In this document: one piece after another, positions 28,554 to 39,711 of the stretch
Layout: each line of letters starts with the position of its first letter
Numbering within the stretch: position 1 is the stretch's first letter
NCBI GenBank assembly: GCA_019751815.1
Contig: JAIEMW010000004.1
Location: 41,933 to 105,932 of the forward strand
DNA length: 64,000 nt
Reading direction: 5' to 3'
Source: Cyanobacteriota bacterium
GTDB taxonomy: Bacteria; Cyanobacteriota; Vampirovibrionia; Vampirovibrionales; Vampirovibrionaceae
Made by a program: the position numbers and the translations under genes
Notes under the pieces: model-generated
Told to the model about the DNA's origin: nothing
Databases searched by the model: none
The model's input: only the letters and a program-made list of their open reading frames with translations

Positions 28554-29426
28554 ATGCCCATTACCTCGTGCTATCAGTGCAAAACCTCTTTTAAGCCTCG
28601 CAAGGGAGAGCCTCTTTGCGAGCTTTGCCACATGAAAAGTGTGGCACACTATCAGAGTGTGTACTTTCGAATGGCCAAATCCATGGAAGTAAAGGGGTTT
28701 TCTGTCGACGCGCTTGCCAAAGCGGTTCGGCTTAAAATTACCCCCATTCAAAATATGATGCACTTTTGTCTGGATAACCAAAACCGGGATTTGCTGCCTG
28801 GTTGGGAAAAAGGAAATTGTTTTCTCTGTAATGAGCGCGAAGCCTATGAGCTTGGGGAACCCTTTTGCCATCAGTGCTTGGGCCGAGTTGAGATCGCGCT
28901 CAACCAGGTTTTAAAACTCATTGAAAAAAGCAATGTGGGCAAGCCTACAACTTCGAGCAAGAAAAATGCGGACTGTGTTATCTGCTTTCCGCCTGAAGAA
29001 ACGGCTCAAGACCAAGAATCGAGCTCGAATGCTCAAAACAGGATGGTTTGCTACCGCTGTTATCAAAGCATCAAAAATGAAAGCGACTACTATAAGCGCT
29101 ATATCCCAGAAGGAATCGCCAGCTTTGAGGACTCCAGCGGATCGTATACCCTCAGAGCCTCAGACAGAACAGCTTCGCAAGAGACCAGAACATCCAATCC
29201 ACTTGATAGTTCTGCCAACCAAGGTTCGCCTTCAAGCAATCCGACCAAGCTCAATAAAGAAGCACTGAACGTCTTACGTTTATTGAACCAAGATGATACG
29301 ATGATCACGGCCGATCTCGCCGATCTCAATGATAGTCTCGACCCCTTCCCTCCTTCTCCAGGCGGAGAGTTTTCCGTGCCAGAGCAGCCACAGAGACGCT
29401 TTGAGTTTAAATCTACCCCCGAATAA
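28554..29426 (+). CDS. Multi-CxxC protein, extended YvyF-like paralog
   Basis: Six CxxC motifs (CYQC, CELC, CFLC, CHQC, CVIC, CYRC); the first four have the same layout as the downstream gene; disordered tail. Confidence 0.7.
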   Translation: MPITSCYQCKTSFKPRKGEPLCELCHMKSVAHYQSVYFRMAKSMEVKGFSVDALAKAVRLKITPIQNMMHFCLDNQNRDLLPGWEKGNCFLCNEREAYELGEPFCHQCLGRVEIALNQVLKLIEKSNVGKPTTSSKKNADCVICFPPEETAQDQESSSNAQNRMVCYRCYQSIKNESDYYKRYIPEGIASFEDSSGSYTLRASDRTASQETRTSNPLDSSANQGSPSSNPTKLNKEALNVLRLLNQDDTMITADLADLNDSLDPFPPSPGGEFSVPEQPQRRFEFKSTPE

Positions 29427-29527
29427 CACATTGCCCGAATGACGCATTGCCTGAATGAGTCGTCGTCTGCTATCATCTCTCCTTCTATATTATTCATGTG
29501 TCGAACCGAAGAAAGTGCATCACCCCA

Positions 29528-30049
29528 ATGAATCTAACCAATTGCCGTCAATGCGGCAAGCTTTATCAACGAGGCGTCGGCTATTTGTGCCCCGACTGCC
29601 AAAAAAACACTTCTGATACCTTTCAAAACCTGGTGACTTACATTAAAGAAAATCCCAATTTACATTTACGGGAGATCGCCGCAGCCTGCCATGTCTCTGA
29701 ACGAGAACTGGAGTCACTGGTCTTTGACGGCAAATTGGGAGCCACCTCCACGCTGGTTGTCACGGACTGTAATAGCTGTAAGGCCACTGTGACCCACACA
29801 CAGCGCAAAGGACGCCTCTGCCATAAATGTTCTGGAAAACTGGATCTTCCGACCAGTAAACCGGAAGACGAAAAAGGCAAGAAAACCAACAAATGGATGC
29901 GAGGCAAAGAGCCAGAGCCAGCCTCTCCCCCTACTGGCACTGAAACTGAAGTGGCAGGGCAAAAAGGCGTGACAGTCGACGGAGATAAACTCTCCCGCAC
30001 TGCTTTGGACCATCATGAATTCAAACAGGTCTGGAGCGATGACATATAA
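29528..30049 (+). CDS. YvyF/TIGR03826-like flagellar operon protein
   Basis: MNLTNCRQCGKLY...CPDC...YIKENP + HTH-like segment + GKL + CNSC...GRLCHKC layout. Confidence 0.75.
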   Translation: MNLTNCRQCGKLYQRGVGYLCPDCQKNTSDTFQNLVTYIKENPNLHLREIAAACHVSERELESLVFDGKLGATSTLVVTDCNSCKATVTHTQRKGRLCHKCSGKLDLPTSKPEDEKGKKTNKWMRGKEPEPASPPTGTETEVAGQKGVTVDGDKLSRTALDHHEFKQVWSDDI

Positions 30050-30073
30050 GTGATTTCTTCAGAAAATGCCAAC

Positions 30074-30102
30074 AAAAAAGCCGCTATACCAGCGGCTTTT
30101 TT
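30074..30102. terminator. Bidirectional intrinsic terminator
   Basis: AAAAAAGCCGCT-ATACC-AGCGGCTTTTTT between convergent genes. Confidence 0.85.
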
Positions 30103-30124
30103 AATGAAGTCTTTGTAACTGCTC

Positions 30125-30391
30125 TTAGGCGCTTACTTCCACAGGAACCACATTCACTTTCAATGAAGTTTTGCGGTAGCGTGTGAACTGGACATGACCA
30201 GCAGTCAATGCAAACAAGGTATCATCCTTGCCAATACCCACATTCACACCGGGGTGAAACTTGGTGCCGCGTTGGCGAACGAGAATATTGCCGGCCTTGA
30301 CGTTTTCTCCGCCAAAACGTTTAACACCCAAGCGCTGGGCGTGGCTGTCACGTCCGTTCCGTGTAGAACCTACACCTTTCTTATGGGCCAT
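30125..30391 (-). CDS. rpmA: 50S ribosomal protein L27
   Basis: [16 protein letters not shown]...[10 protein letters not shown]. Confidence 0.99.
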   Translation of the reverse strand: MAHKKGVGSTRNGRDSHAQRLGVKRFGGENVKAGNILVRQRGTKFHPGVNVGIGKDDTLFALTAGHVQFTRYRKTSLKVNVVPVEVSA

Positions 30392-30394
30392 GGG

Positions 30395-30961
30395 TTATTC
30401 TTGCGCCTCCGTTACTTGATTATTCTCGACCGTCTCATTACCCGCTTCTTTTGCTGTGGCCGTCTTTTTCACGGTTTTTTTCGCAGCTGTTGCGGCCGGT
30501 TTTTTCTTGGCCACGGGTTTTTCTTCGGTTACGGCTTCAACTGCTGCAGCCTTAGCAGGCTTTGCTTCAGCACCCTTTGTGGGTACTGATTTTGCGGCGG
30601 GCCTTGGTTTGGCTTCAGGAAAAACATCAACGGCAACATTGGCTTTGCCTGGAAAGTTTAAAGAGTCAATCATAATGCGAGTAAACTCTTGACGGTGACC
30701 GTTCTTACGGCGATAGCCTTTTTTACAGCGCATTTTATAAACCAACAATTTGGGCCCACGCAGGTGCTTTACCACGGTAGCTGTGGCAGTAGCGCCAGCA
30801 ATATAGGGTGCGCCTACCAAGGAATGCTCTCCAGCGGCTACCAAAAGCACAGAGGAGACGTCAAATTTTTCATTCGGCTCTTTATTAAGCCGGTCCACAT
30901 CCAGATAACGACCTTCCTGGATTGGGTATTGTTTACCATTGATATCAACGACTGCGTACAT
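30395..30961 (-). CDS. rplU: 50S ribosomal protein L21 with Ala/Lys-rich C-terminal extension
   Basis: MYAVV...[19 protein letters not shown]; upstream of rpmA. Confidence 0.97.
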   Translation of the reverse strand: MYAVVDINGKQYPIQEGRYLDVDRLNKEPNEKFDVSSVLLVAAGEHSLVGAPYIAGATATATVVKHLRGPKLLVYKMRCKKGYRRKNGHRQEFTRIMIDSLNFPGKANVAVDVFPEAKPRPAAKSVPTKGAEAKPAKAAAVEAVTEEKPVAKKKPAATAAKKTVKKTATAKEAGNETVENNQVTEAQE

Positions 30962-31178
30962 AGTGGGGTTTACCTATCGTTTTGTGATTAAAATCAGAAG
31001 CTGGGTGGACACCGGGGCTGAGAGAGTATTTAACACGCGAATGACACACCGGAACAAACAAGAACATTCACTATATCAACAGGAAAAAAGGGTGTCAAAT
31101 AATGAGGGGGACAAAAAACCGGCTATCGTTTTAGGCCGTGACGGCAAACACAAACAATAACCGGTTATTTCAAAAAAA

Positions 31179-32390
31179 CTACTGGGCGTCTCCCAGACAT
31201 TCCAGCGTGATCCGACGATCAGGAATCATCATAGAGACAATCCGGAACTGGTAGGTGTCATTGATGTTGAAAAAGCGACCTGACGCGGAATTAAAGCTAC
31301 AGTAGGCTTCCACTCCGGGGGTCAGTTCCACCAAAACCCCAGAAGACAGGGCTTTAGAGACTCGACCGTTTAACACATCAGAGACTTTAAAGATGGTGTC
31401 CACGGTTTCCCAAGGATCTTGCTCCAAGCGTTTTTTGCTCAGGCTAATTCGCTGTAAGCTTTGATCCACTGTGAGCACAGAAACCGTAATTCGCTGACCC
31501 AGTTCCAACACCTCTGAGGGGTGATGAATACGGCGCCAGGAAATTTCAGACAATGGCAACAGCCCGTCGATACCGTTGATGTCAACAAAGACGCCAAAGT
31601 CTGTAATTTTGACAATCTCGCCTTCAACGACATCACCTTGATTAATCTTCTTCAAGGTTTCAGCCCGCTGTTCTGCTTTTTGTTCAAATACCGCAGCACG
31701 GTTGCTCAGGATCAACTTGTTTTTGGATTTATCCACTTCCAAAATCTTGGCCAGCAGGGTATCTCCAGCAAGCTCATCCAGTGTCTTTGCAACTCGCAGT
31801 TGGCTAGCGGGAATAAAGCCTTTCAGCTCCATCACACTGACCAAAATACCGCCCTTGGTGGCGCCCGTAACAGTCACTTCCACTGTTGTGTTGGCATCTT
31901 TTAGTTCTTTGAGTTTATCCCAGCTCTTGAAAGAGGCGACCCGACGGATGGAGAGCAGGTACTGCACTTCATCATCGGTTTGGGCCATCACATACAGGTC
32001 TTTAATTTGACCGGCTTGAAATTGAGCTTCCAAATCTTCGCTATTGAAGCAGTTGGGAATCTCTTTGAGGGGAACAAAACCTTCGGACTTACCACCCACG
32101 TCGACCAAGAGTCCGTCTTTTTCGACACGGATAATTTCTCCCACAGTAACAGCTCCCGGACGGAGCTCTGTTTGGAAACTTTGCTCTAATAATTGGGCAA
32201 AGTCATCTCGTAACTCATTATTTTCGAGGATTTCAGAGGGTTCAACAGTACGTGTAGACACTGTGGGGGTTGTCTCCTTTCTGGGGGACGAGGTTAACGG
32301 CATAGTTTCTGGTTTATCCTCAGACAGATCGACCGTCTCTTGCGAGTCGCTGTTCAATTTTTCTGGACTGGACTCATCAAATAAATACAT
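31179..32390 (-). CDS. rpsA: 30S ribosomal protein S1 (short form)
   Basis: S1 repeats LVDVGGKSEGFVP, KGFIPASQL, FGVFVDINGIDGLLPLSEISW plus a degenerate fourth; follows ispH; probable ATG 32390. Confidence 0.92.
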   Translation of the reverse strand: MYLFDESSPEKLNSDSQETVDLSEDKPETMPLTSSPRKETTPTVSTRTVEPSEILENNELRDDFAQLLEQSFQTELRPGAVTVGEIIRVEKDGLLVDVGGKSEGFVPLKEIPNCFNSEDLEAQFQAGQIKDLYVMAQTDDEVQYLLSIRRVASFKSWDKLKELKDANTTVEVTVTGATKGGILVSVMELKGFIPASQLRVAKTLDELAGDTLLAKILEVDKSKNKLILSNRAAVFEQKAEQRAETLKKINQGDVVEGEIVKITDFGVFVDINGIDGLLPLSEISWRRIHHPSEVLELGQRITVSVLTVDQSLQRISLSKKRLEQDPWETVDTIFKVSDVLNGRVSKALSSGVLVELTPGVEAYCSFNSASGRFFNINDTYQFRIVSMMIPDRRITLECLGDAQ

Positions 32391-32558
32391 TGGGTAAATA
32401 CATTCGGGTGACTGTCTGAAATTCAAGTGTTCTTATTGGAGTTCTCTTGGGGGCATTCAACCGGGATTGTGGATGAATGTCAATAGTTTTAAAACAAACA
32501 TGTGTTGAGAATTGTCCAATGATCTCAACAATTCCCCTCACGTAGCAATGGATGATGG

Positions 32559-33458
32559 TTACAAGGCCCCAATATAATCAATCACTTCTTGAACCAACCA
32601 CTCTGGGGTAGAAGCACCGGCAGTGACACCCACAGTTTGTGCTTTTTCCAACAAGGCTGAGCCCTCAAGCTCTTGGTAGGTCTCAATATGAACCGTAGGG
32701 GTTCCCTCTGCTTTACAGATTTCAGCCAGATGGGTTGTATTGGAGCTGTTTTTACCCCCAATCACCACCATAAAATCGACTTTACTAGCCAGTTCCAAGG
32801 CCGCGTTCTGCCGGAAGTACGTTGCCGGGCATATGGTATTAAATACCTTTAACTCTTTACTCAGCTTGGAAAGCTCTTTGACCATATCAAAAAACGTTTC
32901 TTCCATCTGGGTGGTTTGAGACACAATCCCAATGCGCCTGCGGGGGATGTCTGTCAAAGCATTTTGCAAATCACTCACCTGGTTCACACAAACGATATGT
33001 GCTCCCGGGACTTTATCCTTAGCATGTGCACGAATACCCACCACCTCAGGATGATCGGCTTTGCCAACAACCACCACAGTATAGCCTTCTTCTGCCAGTT
33101 CAATCGCCTTGTTTTGCACCAGCCGAACATCAGGACAGGTTGCATCCGAAACCTCAATCTGGCGGGCTTCAGCGGCTTCAATTAATTCTGGTGAGGCTCC
33201 ATGGGTCCGAATCACACACACGCTTCCCTCCGGCACCTCATCTAGTGATTGCACCGTCTGGATCGATTGCTCGCTCAAATGATCAATCACCTGTTGATTG
33301 TGAATGAGTTGTCCCAGAACGTAGACCGGTTTTTCGCTGGACTGCCCAACAGCCAAAGTCTTATCTACAGCCTTTTTGACACCATGACAAAACCCGTGAT
33401 GCTCTGCCAAAAGGATGGTTTTTTGAGTTTGCTGACTTTTGGACGGGGTCATTGTCAT
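32559..33458 (-). CDS. ispH: 4-hydroxy-3-methylbut-2-enyl diphosphate reductase
   Basis: GFCHGV, IHN, RTHG, DATCP, HPEV, QTT, TICPAT..RQ, SSNT, TAGASTP; ATG 33458. Confidence 0.97.
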   Translation of the reverse strand: MTMTPSKSQQTQKTILLAEHHGFCHGVKKAVDKTLAVGQSSEKPVYVLGQLIHNQQVIDHLSEQSIQTVQSLDEVPEGSVCVIRTHGASPELIEAAEARQIEVSDATCPDVRLVQNKAIELAEEGYTVVVVGKADHPEVVGIRAHAKDKVPGAHIVCVNQVSDLQNALTDIPRRRIGIVSQTTQMEETFFDMVKELSKLSKELKVFNTICPATYFRQNAALELASKVDFMVVIGGKNSSNTTHLAEICKAEGTPTVHIETYQELEGSALLEKAQTVGVTAGASTPEWLVQEVIDYIGAL

Positions 33459-33611
33459 CTGTATACACCCTTTATTTGTATTGATCTCTCTCATTGTGCC
33501 CAATGAAAGCATTTTTTTCAAGATAAATGATTACTATCGGTAATCGATGCCATTGCTTCACTCTCTTTAGCATGGGGTCATAGCAAATACGCTTAAAGGC
33601 CTATCACCCGA

Positions 33612-33620
33612 TGCTATAAT
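33612..33620 (+). promoter_or_regulatory. Extended -10 promoter element upstream of the sigma factor gene
   Basis: TGCTATAAT about 40 nt upstream of the ATG at 33658. Confidence 0.45.
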
Positions 33621-33657
33621 GCAATCAGGCCCAATCCAGTAAAGGCACTCCAATAAG

Positions 33658-34488
33658 ATGGCACGTGAAAACAGCAACGACCATATTTTTACTCCAGAGC
33701 TAGATCAGATGCTGGCTCAATACGCAGCCAGTGACCCTGGAACAAGGTCTCGGGACCGCCTTAGAGAGCATTTGGTCGAGGCCGTGATGCCTTACGTCAA
33801 AAAAATCGCTGGCGGCCTTGCTCGCCGCAGCAGCGACCCTGTGGAAGACATCACCCAGGTTGGCAGCATTGGCCTGATGAAGGCGCTTGATAAGTACAAC
33901 CCCAATGCGGGTACCAGTTTTAAAACCTATGCCACTTACCTGATTACCGGGGAAATTCGGCACTACTTACGAGATAAGTCCAGTATGATCAAGGCCCCCC
34001 GCCAAATGTACGAGCTGTACTACCGCGTCAATCAGATTATTCAACGTCTGAGTGATGAACTGGGCCGGATGCCAACGGATTTAGAGATTGCCGAAGAGCT
34101 TCAATGCCCTGTTAACAAGGTCACTCAGGCACAAGAAATTGATAGACGACGCCAACCCATCTCTCTCGACCAGTTTGCCACACAAGAAGGAAGCTCTGAG
34201 ACAGTTTATATCGAAAGATTGGTAGACGACCGCTATTATCAGTTCTTACTGAATCAAGAAGACAAAATTACGATTGATAACGTCTTGGCCAAGCTCAAAG
34301 AAGAATACCGAACCGTGATTGTGATGACCTATTTTGAAGACTTAAGCCAGACAGAAATCGCCCAAAAACTGGGTATCTCCCAAATGCAAGTGAGCCGCCG
34401 GCTTCGTAAAGCGCTCGATCTCATGTCCCAAGCACTCAGCAAGTCGGAAAGTAATCAGGGACAATCCACCGAGAGATCGCGTACCTGA
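33658..34488 (+). CDS. sigF: Group 3 sigma factor, SigB/SigF type
   Basis: EDITQVGSIGLMKALDKY, TYATYLITGEIRHYLRD, SQTEIAQKLGISQMQVSR. Confidence 0.88.
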   Translation: MARENSNDHIFTPELDQMLAQYAASDPGTRSRDRLREHLVEAVMPYVKKIAGGLARRSSDPVEDITQVGSIGLMKALDKYNPNAGTSFKTYATYLITGEIRHYLRDKSSMIKAPRQMYELYYRVNQIIQRLSDELGRMPTDLEIAEELQCPVNKVTQAQEIDRRRQPISLDQFATQEGSSETVYIERLVDDRYYQFLLNQEDKITIDNVLAKLKEEYRTVIVMTYFEDLSQTEIAQKLGISQMQVSRRLRKALDLMSQALSKSESNQGQSTERSRT

Positions 34489-35507
34489 TGTCCTACCTGG
34501 ATACGTTTTGGTTTTGGTGTGTGCCCGTTTTGGGGCTGATGATTGGCAGTTTTCTCAATGTAGTCGGGCTTCGCTTTCTCAGTGAGGAGTCCATCACTTT
34601 TCCAGCCTCTCATTGCACTCACTGTAATACGCCGATCAAGCCTTATGACAATATCCCTGTTCTCAGCTATCTTCTCTTGGGTGCCAAATGCCGAAGCTGC
34701 AAAGTCCCGATTAGCATCCAGTATCCGCTTATCGAGCTGTTAACCGCTGTTCTGTTTACTGCGTGTTATTGGATCGGTGGTTGGCAATGGGGCACGCTGT
34801 TTCTTTGGTTTCTGATGGCCAACCTGGTTGTGATTATTATTACAGATGCCCGAGAAAGCCTGATCTTTCAGATTAACTCACTCTCTTTGGTCCCGGCTGG
34901 GCTCTTGTTTAACTTCTTCGATCTGGGACACCGTGCACTGGGCACCTGGACGCTCAACCTGGGCTTGCTCACAGTTGACTTCCCGATGAGTTTTACGGAT
35001 GCACTGTTAGGGATACTGGTGGGTCTGCTTCTGTTTGAGGGCATGATTTTGCTCAGCCAGTTGTTTTTAGGAACCGACGGGTTTGGGCATGGGGATACCC
35101 ACCTGATGATGGGAGTAGGCGCCTTTATTGGCTGGCAAGGATGCTTACTGGCGATTGTTTTGGGCTTTATTCTGCAATCGCTGATGGCCATTCCCATTAT
35201 GGTGATTCAATGGATCAAGGCCAAGGACTACCTCTCGTTAGGCACCGGTGGTGCGGGTGTCGCCTTTGGACTTCTGCCCCTCTGGCTGAGTGAACTAAAA
35301 CTTAGCCAAGGGATGCTCACAATGGCTTTACTGGCCTGCATGGGTGCCACACTCACCTGCCTGATTATATTCTTGCTACAGATCAAAAAACGGCAAAGCT
35401 TCACCTATATGCCGCTGGGGCCCGCCTTGGTCTTGGGCAGTTTAATCGTCCTATTCTTAGGTGACAGCTTTGTCAGCAGTATCGCCAAGATATTTCATCT
35501 GGCCTGA
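34488..35507 (+). CDS. pilD: Prepilin peptidase (A24 family, with N-terminal Zn domain)
   Basis: GSFLNVV, SHCTHC...DNIPVLSY...KCRSC, ITDA, GFGHGD, PLGPAL; TGATG overlap with the sigma gene. Confidence 0.93.
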   Translation: MSYLDTFWFWCVPVLGLMIGSFLNVVGLRFLSEESITFPASHCTHCNTPIKPYDNIPVLSYLLLGAKCRSCKVPISIQYPLIELLTAVLFTACYWIGGWQWGTLFLWFLMANLVVIIITDARESLIFQINSLSLVPAGLLFNFFDLGHRALGTWTLNLGLLTVDFPMSFTDALLGILVGLLLFEGMILLSQLFLGTDGFGHGDTHLMMGVGAFIGWQGCLLAIVLGFILQSLMAIPIMVIQWIKAKDYLSLGTGGAGVAFGLLPLWLSELKLSQGMLTMALLACMGATLTCLIIFLLQIKKRQSFTYMPLGPALVLGSLIVLFLGDSFVSSIAKIFHLA

Positions 35508-35523
35508 TATCTAACTTGAAGCA

Positions 35524-36579
35524 CTAATACAGCTGAACGGGACCGGGATGCTCACGGTTCATATGGATTGTATCCACAAAGCGAACCAAACCGGTACTAT
35601 AGGTGAGGATAATACTATGTGTCCGGGCACCTGTCCCAAAATAGCTGACCCCTTTAAGCACTTGACCGGTGGTGATCCCACATGCGGCAAACACAATCTC
35701 TTTGGCAGGCGCCAGTTCTTCGGTGAAATAGACCTTATCCTCCGATAAATCAGTCAGTCCCATTTCAGTGGCGCGTTTTTTCTCATCTTCATTCCGCCAG
35801 CGCAGTCGCGCTTGGATTTCTCCGCCCAAACATTTGACGGCTGCTGCACTTAAAACGGCCTCAGGGGCTCCACCAGTCCCCATCACCAAATGGACTCCTG
35901 CTCCACTCAGCGCCGTGGAAATCGCCGGCATCATATCCCCATCCGAAATAAGCTGAATTCGCGCACCCGTTTCTCGGACCTGCTTGATCAATTCAGCATG
36001 GCGGGGTCTGTCAAGTATCACCACGGTGAGATCTTCAATCTGCCGGCCCAGGCTCATCGCGACCGTATTGAGGTTATATTTCACAGGGGCATTAATATCG
36101 ACTTTGCCCTTGGACTGAGGACCCACCACCAGTTTATCCATATAGGTGTCCGGCGCATGAAAGAGCCCTCCTTTGGGAGCCAACGCCAGCGTTGCCACGG
36201 CGCCTGGCAGACCATGAGCAACCAGATTGGTTCCTTCCAAGGGATCGACTGCGATGTCCAGCTCAGGCAAATCAGGGCCGCCTTGGCCCACCTTTTCGCC
36301 AATAAAGAGCATTGGGGCTTCGTCCCGTTCCCCTTCTCCAATCACAATGGTGCCGTTAATGGGAATGATTTCCAGTGATTGACGCATGGCGGTGACCGCT
36401 TCTTGATCGGCTGCCTTCTTATCACCCCGGCCCATCAAGCGTCCGGCGGCCAAAGCAGCTGCTTCGACAACTCCCAGCATTTCTCGTGCCAAAAACCGTT
36501 CAGTCGCATTGGCGCCAAAGCCTTCTGGCTTCCAAATTAAGGTATCCGGGTTCATCGTATCCGTCACGTCAGCCACCAT
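35524..36579 (-). CDS. glpX: Class II fructose-1,6-bisphosphatase (GlpX family)
   Basis: [53 protein letters not shown]. Confidence 0.97.
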   Translation of the reverse strand: MVADVTDTMNPDTLIWKPEGFGANATERFLAREMLGVVEAAALAAGRLMGRGDKKAADQEAVTAMRQSLEIIPINGTIVIGEGERDEAPMLFIGEKVGQGGPDLPELDIAVDPLEGTNLVAHGLPGAVATLALAPKGGLFHAPDTYMDKLVVGPQSKGKVDINAPVKYNLNTVAMSLGRQIEDLTVVILDRPRHAELIKQVRETGARIQLISDGDMMPAISTALSGAGVHLVMGTGGAPEAVLSAAAVKCLGGEIQARLRWRNEDEKKRATEMGLTDLSEDKVYFTEELAPAKEIVFAACGITTGQVLKGVSYFGTGARTHSIILTYSTGLVRFVDTIHMNREHPGPVQLY

Positions 36580-36580
36580 C

Positions 36581-38086
36581 TTAAGGTTTCCTTTCCTCTA
36601 AAAAACTGTCTATCACTTTATTGGGATCTTGATTTTTCACGACCCCCAATACCAACACCCCAATTGCCACGAGCATCACAAGCACCGGCAACAAGTAGGA
36701 TTCAAAAGACTCCACAGGAACACTGAGAGAATCGGAGTTAAGACCCTCTGGGGGTAAAAGAATCCCAGCTAACGCGCTGGAAACATAAGACGCAGCTGTC
36801 CCGCAAAACAAGGCTCTTAGACCAAGACGAGCAAGATCTGCCTTTCGAGAAGGGGCCATCTCCCCAATCCCGCCAATCTGCATCGCAATCGAACTAAAAT
36901 TGGCAAAACCGCACAAGGCAAAGCTGGCAATGGCAATGGATTTTGGAGCAAGGGCTTTGGCTGTAATGAGTGGCGACAAGCTCGTGTAGGCGACAAACTC
37001 ATTCACCACCAACTTTGTCCCCATCAAGCCACCTACTAGAGTTGCGTCCTGGCTCGGTACGCCCAAAGCCAAGGCTACCCAGTAAAACAAGGCACCTAAT
37101 ATCCCTTTTAGCGATAGTGCTGATAAATCCAACCCTAAGGACTGAGCACTCAGGCCCATCCCCGCAAGTAATAATCCCAGTTGTGCAATCACAAAATCAA
37201 GCATGGCAATGAGAGCGATAAACCCGATCAACATAGCACATACATTCAAGCCAATTTTAAGGCCATCTGAGGCCCCATGAGCCGCTGCGTCAATGACATT
37301 AACTGTATGGGTGTCAACGGCAACTTTGACCTCGCCTCGTGTCAAAGAGGCTTCGGTTTCTGGATACACGATTTTAGAAATAACCAGGGCCCCGGGTACC
37401 GCCATAATGCTAGCAGCCATAAGGTATTCGGCAGGAATCCCCATTTGGATATAGACCGCCATCACCCCTCCCGCGATACAGGCCATACTACCCGCCATCA
37501 CGGTGAGCAATTCAGACTGAGTCAGCGTATCCACATAAGGTTTAATCAGTAACTGGGCTTCAACTTGACCAACAAATACACTGGCTGTGTTTGAAAGTGC
37601 CTCTGCCCCACTAGCACCTAACACTCGGTTGACCGCCCAGGCGATCGCTTGGACCACACGCTGCATCAGCCCAATATGATAGGCAATGGCGACCAAGGTT
37701 GCCACAAAAATAATGGTGGGCACCAGTTTAAACGCAAAAATAAAGCCTCCGGCGGGCCCAAATAAAGAGACCATCTTGGCTTTATCGCTGACCAAAGGAC
37801 CAAAGACAAAGCCCCCCCCAGCATCGGCAAAACTCAAAATCCGCTCTACAACCTGCCCCAACCAGTGAAATAACTGTTTCCCCATCGGGATTTTCAGGAT
37901 AAAAATAGCCAAAACCACCTGCAGGGCAAGGCCGCTACTGACCAAACGCCAAGAAATGGCTTTACGGTTATTGGAAATCGCATAGGCCACGGCGTATATA
38001 AGCCCAATACCCAAAAGGCCTTGTGCTTGCAGTGTTTGTGAGGGGTCTGCCCCCAGCGCTGAAGAAATAGTCGTTAGCACGATCAA
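36581..38086 (-). CDS. nupC: NupC/CNT family nucleoside transporter
   Basis: [41 protein letters not shown]. Confidence 0.93.
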   Translation of the reverse strand: MIVLTTISSALGADPSQTLQAQGLLGIGLIYAVAYAISNNRKAISWRLVSSGLALQVVLAIFILKIPMGKQLFHWLGQVVERILSFADAGGGFVFGPLVSDKAKMVSLFGPAGGFIFAFKLVPTIIFVATLVAIAYHIGLMQRVVQAIAWAVNRVLGASGAEALSNTASVFVGQVEAQLLIKPYVDTLTQSELLTVMAGSMACIAGGVMAVYIQMGIPAEYLMAASIMAVPGALVISKIVYPETEASLTRGEVKVAVDTHTVNVIDAAAHGASDGLKIGLNVCAMLIGFIALIAMLDFVIAQLGLLLAGMGLSAQSLGLDLSALSLKGILGALFYWVALALGVPSQDATLVGGLMGTKLVVNEFVAYTSLSPLITAKALAPKSIAIASFALCGFANFSSIAMQIGGIGEMAPSRKADLARLGLRALFCGTAASYVSSALAGILLPPEGLNSDSLSVPVESFESYLLPVLVMLVAIGVLVLGVVKNQDPNKVIDSFLEERKP

Positions 38087-38245
38087 CTCATTACAACCCT
38101 AAAAAATATCTTTTTGAACACATTATTCACTCAGTTGTCATTAGACACCAAACAGGCCGTGGCTTCAATGAGCTAAGAACTTTCCCACAGCTAGCAACGT
38201 TCGAGCAAAAGCCGCTTGATCAGACTCTAGGGTAGAATAGCCAGT

Positions 38246-39649
38246 GTGATGAGTCACCACTTCAATAAGCCCCTATCTACCCTTAACCCAGAGGAGGCCG
38301 TAGAACTCGCGTTCTTAAACGGGCTCGATATCAGTGTGCAGAAACTGGGGCTCTCTCGAATGGCCCGGCTATGTGAGCATTACGGCCATCCAGAATTAGC
38401 CTTTCCTTTTATACACGTCGCTGGGACAAACGGAAAAGGCTCTACAGTGGCAATGCTCTCTTCTATTCTTCATGCAGCTGGCTACAATACAGGTGCCACA
38501 ATCAGTCCCCATTTGATTGAGGTCCAAGAGCGGATTCAGCTGAACGGACAGCCGATTTCCCGTCCTGATTTTGCACACATTTTGCAGACCATTCGGACTG
38601 ATTGTAAAAAGTCTCTTCCCCGCGAAGATTGGCCTACCTACTTTGAATGCCTCATATTAATGGCCTTTCTGTATTTTAGAGAGCTTCATGAAAAGGAAAA
38701 ACTGGATATTGCCCTTATCGAAGTGGGCCTAGGCGGCCGGCTTGATGCAACAAACATCATTCCATCCCCCTTATTAACAGTCATTACCCATATTGGCTGG
38801 GATCACATGACGCATCTGGGGGACACACTGGAAAAAATTGCCACCGAAAAAGCGGGGATTATCAAAGCAGGCTCTCCTCTGGTGCTGGGTCCTCAAATTA
38901 CAGGCCAAGCGCTTGGCGCTATCCAGGATCGGGCCAGCCAAGCAAACGCATCTAAAGTCATTCAGGCCAGCAGTGAATCGCTCACTTGGCTCTCGTTAGA
39001 CACAAACGATAGCCCGCCGGTTCTCTTGAATCAGAAGACCCAACAGCAATACAAGATGCCACTCCAGGGGCTTTACCAGAAAGATAATTTGGCCACTGTT
39101 TTGGCCAGTATTGAACAACTGAACGCCCTTGGTTACGCAATTTCAGAAGAAGCCATTATCGAAGGCCTTGCTAGTGTGTCTTGGCCTGTGCGGTTTCAGT
39201 CTTTCCCGCAAAGGCGACTGTTTCTTGATGGCAGTCATAATGTAAACGGCATGGAAACACTGGCCGAAACCATTGCAACACGAATTGATTCAGCCTTACC
39301 CCTGATGCTCATTCTCTCTCTTCAGGAAAATCGAGTGATAGAGACCACACTGGCCCCCCTACTGAAGGTGCTTTCTACTTTTAACAATCCACAGAATCAA
39401 TTTTATTGTATTCAAGGACCTGAGTCTCACCGCTACCATGCGGGGGCTGCCTTACATCCCTATGTTGAGGAGAGACTATCCCCAAATTGGTCTGTTCATT
39501 CAGAGTTCCACTTATCGAATTTACTGGAGTTAGACAAAGCAGACAGTCTACTTTCTTCCTGGAACGCAAGAAATCCTGAGGGATTCTGCATCATGACAGG
39601 TTCACTCTATACAGCGGGCTTGTTTCTCAAAGCCCTCAGGGAGCTGTAG
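38246..39649 (+). CDS. folC: Folylpolyglutamate synthase/dihydrofolate synthase
   Basis: HVAGTNGKGST, SPHL, EVGLGGRLDATN, DH, EKAGI, DGSHN, TGSLY. Confidence 0.96.
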   Translation: MMSHHFNKPLSTLNPEEAVELAFLNGLDISVQKLGLSRMARLCEHYGHPELAFPFIHVAGTNGKGSTVAMLSSILHAAGYNTGATISPHLIEVQERIQLNGQPISRPDFAHILQTIRTDCKKSLPREDWPTYFECLILMAFLYFRELHEKEKLDIALIEVGLGGRLDATNIIPSPLLTVITHIGWDHMTHLGDTLEKIATEKAGIIKAGSPLVLGPQITGQALGAIQDRASQANASKVIQASSESLTWLSLDTNDSPPVLLNQKTQQQYKMPLQGLYQKDNLATVLASIEQLNALGYAISEEAIIEGLASVSWPVRFQSFPQRRLFLDGSHNVNGMETLAETIATRIDSALPLMLILSLQENRVIETTLAPLLKVLSTFNNPQNQFYCIQGPESHRYHAGAALHPYVEERLSPNWSVHSEFHLSNLLELDKADSLLSSWNARNPEGFCIMTGSLYTAGLFLKALREL

Positions 39650-39682
39650 CAAAACGTTACGTTAACAAATCGTTGTACCTCG

Positions 39683-39711
39683 TTGTCCTGGGGCAGAAGC
39701 CTCCCTATACT
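39683..39711 (+). promoter_or_regulatory. Sigma-70-like promoter embedded in an inverted repeat
   Basis: TTGTCC-N17-TATACT; the -10 lies at the centre of the 39688..39731 inverted repeat. Confidence 0.45.
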
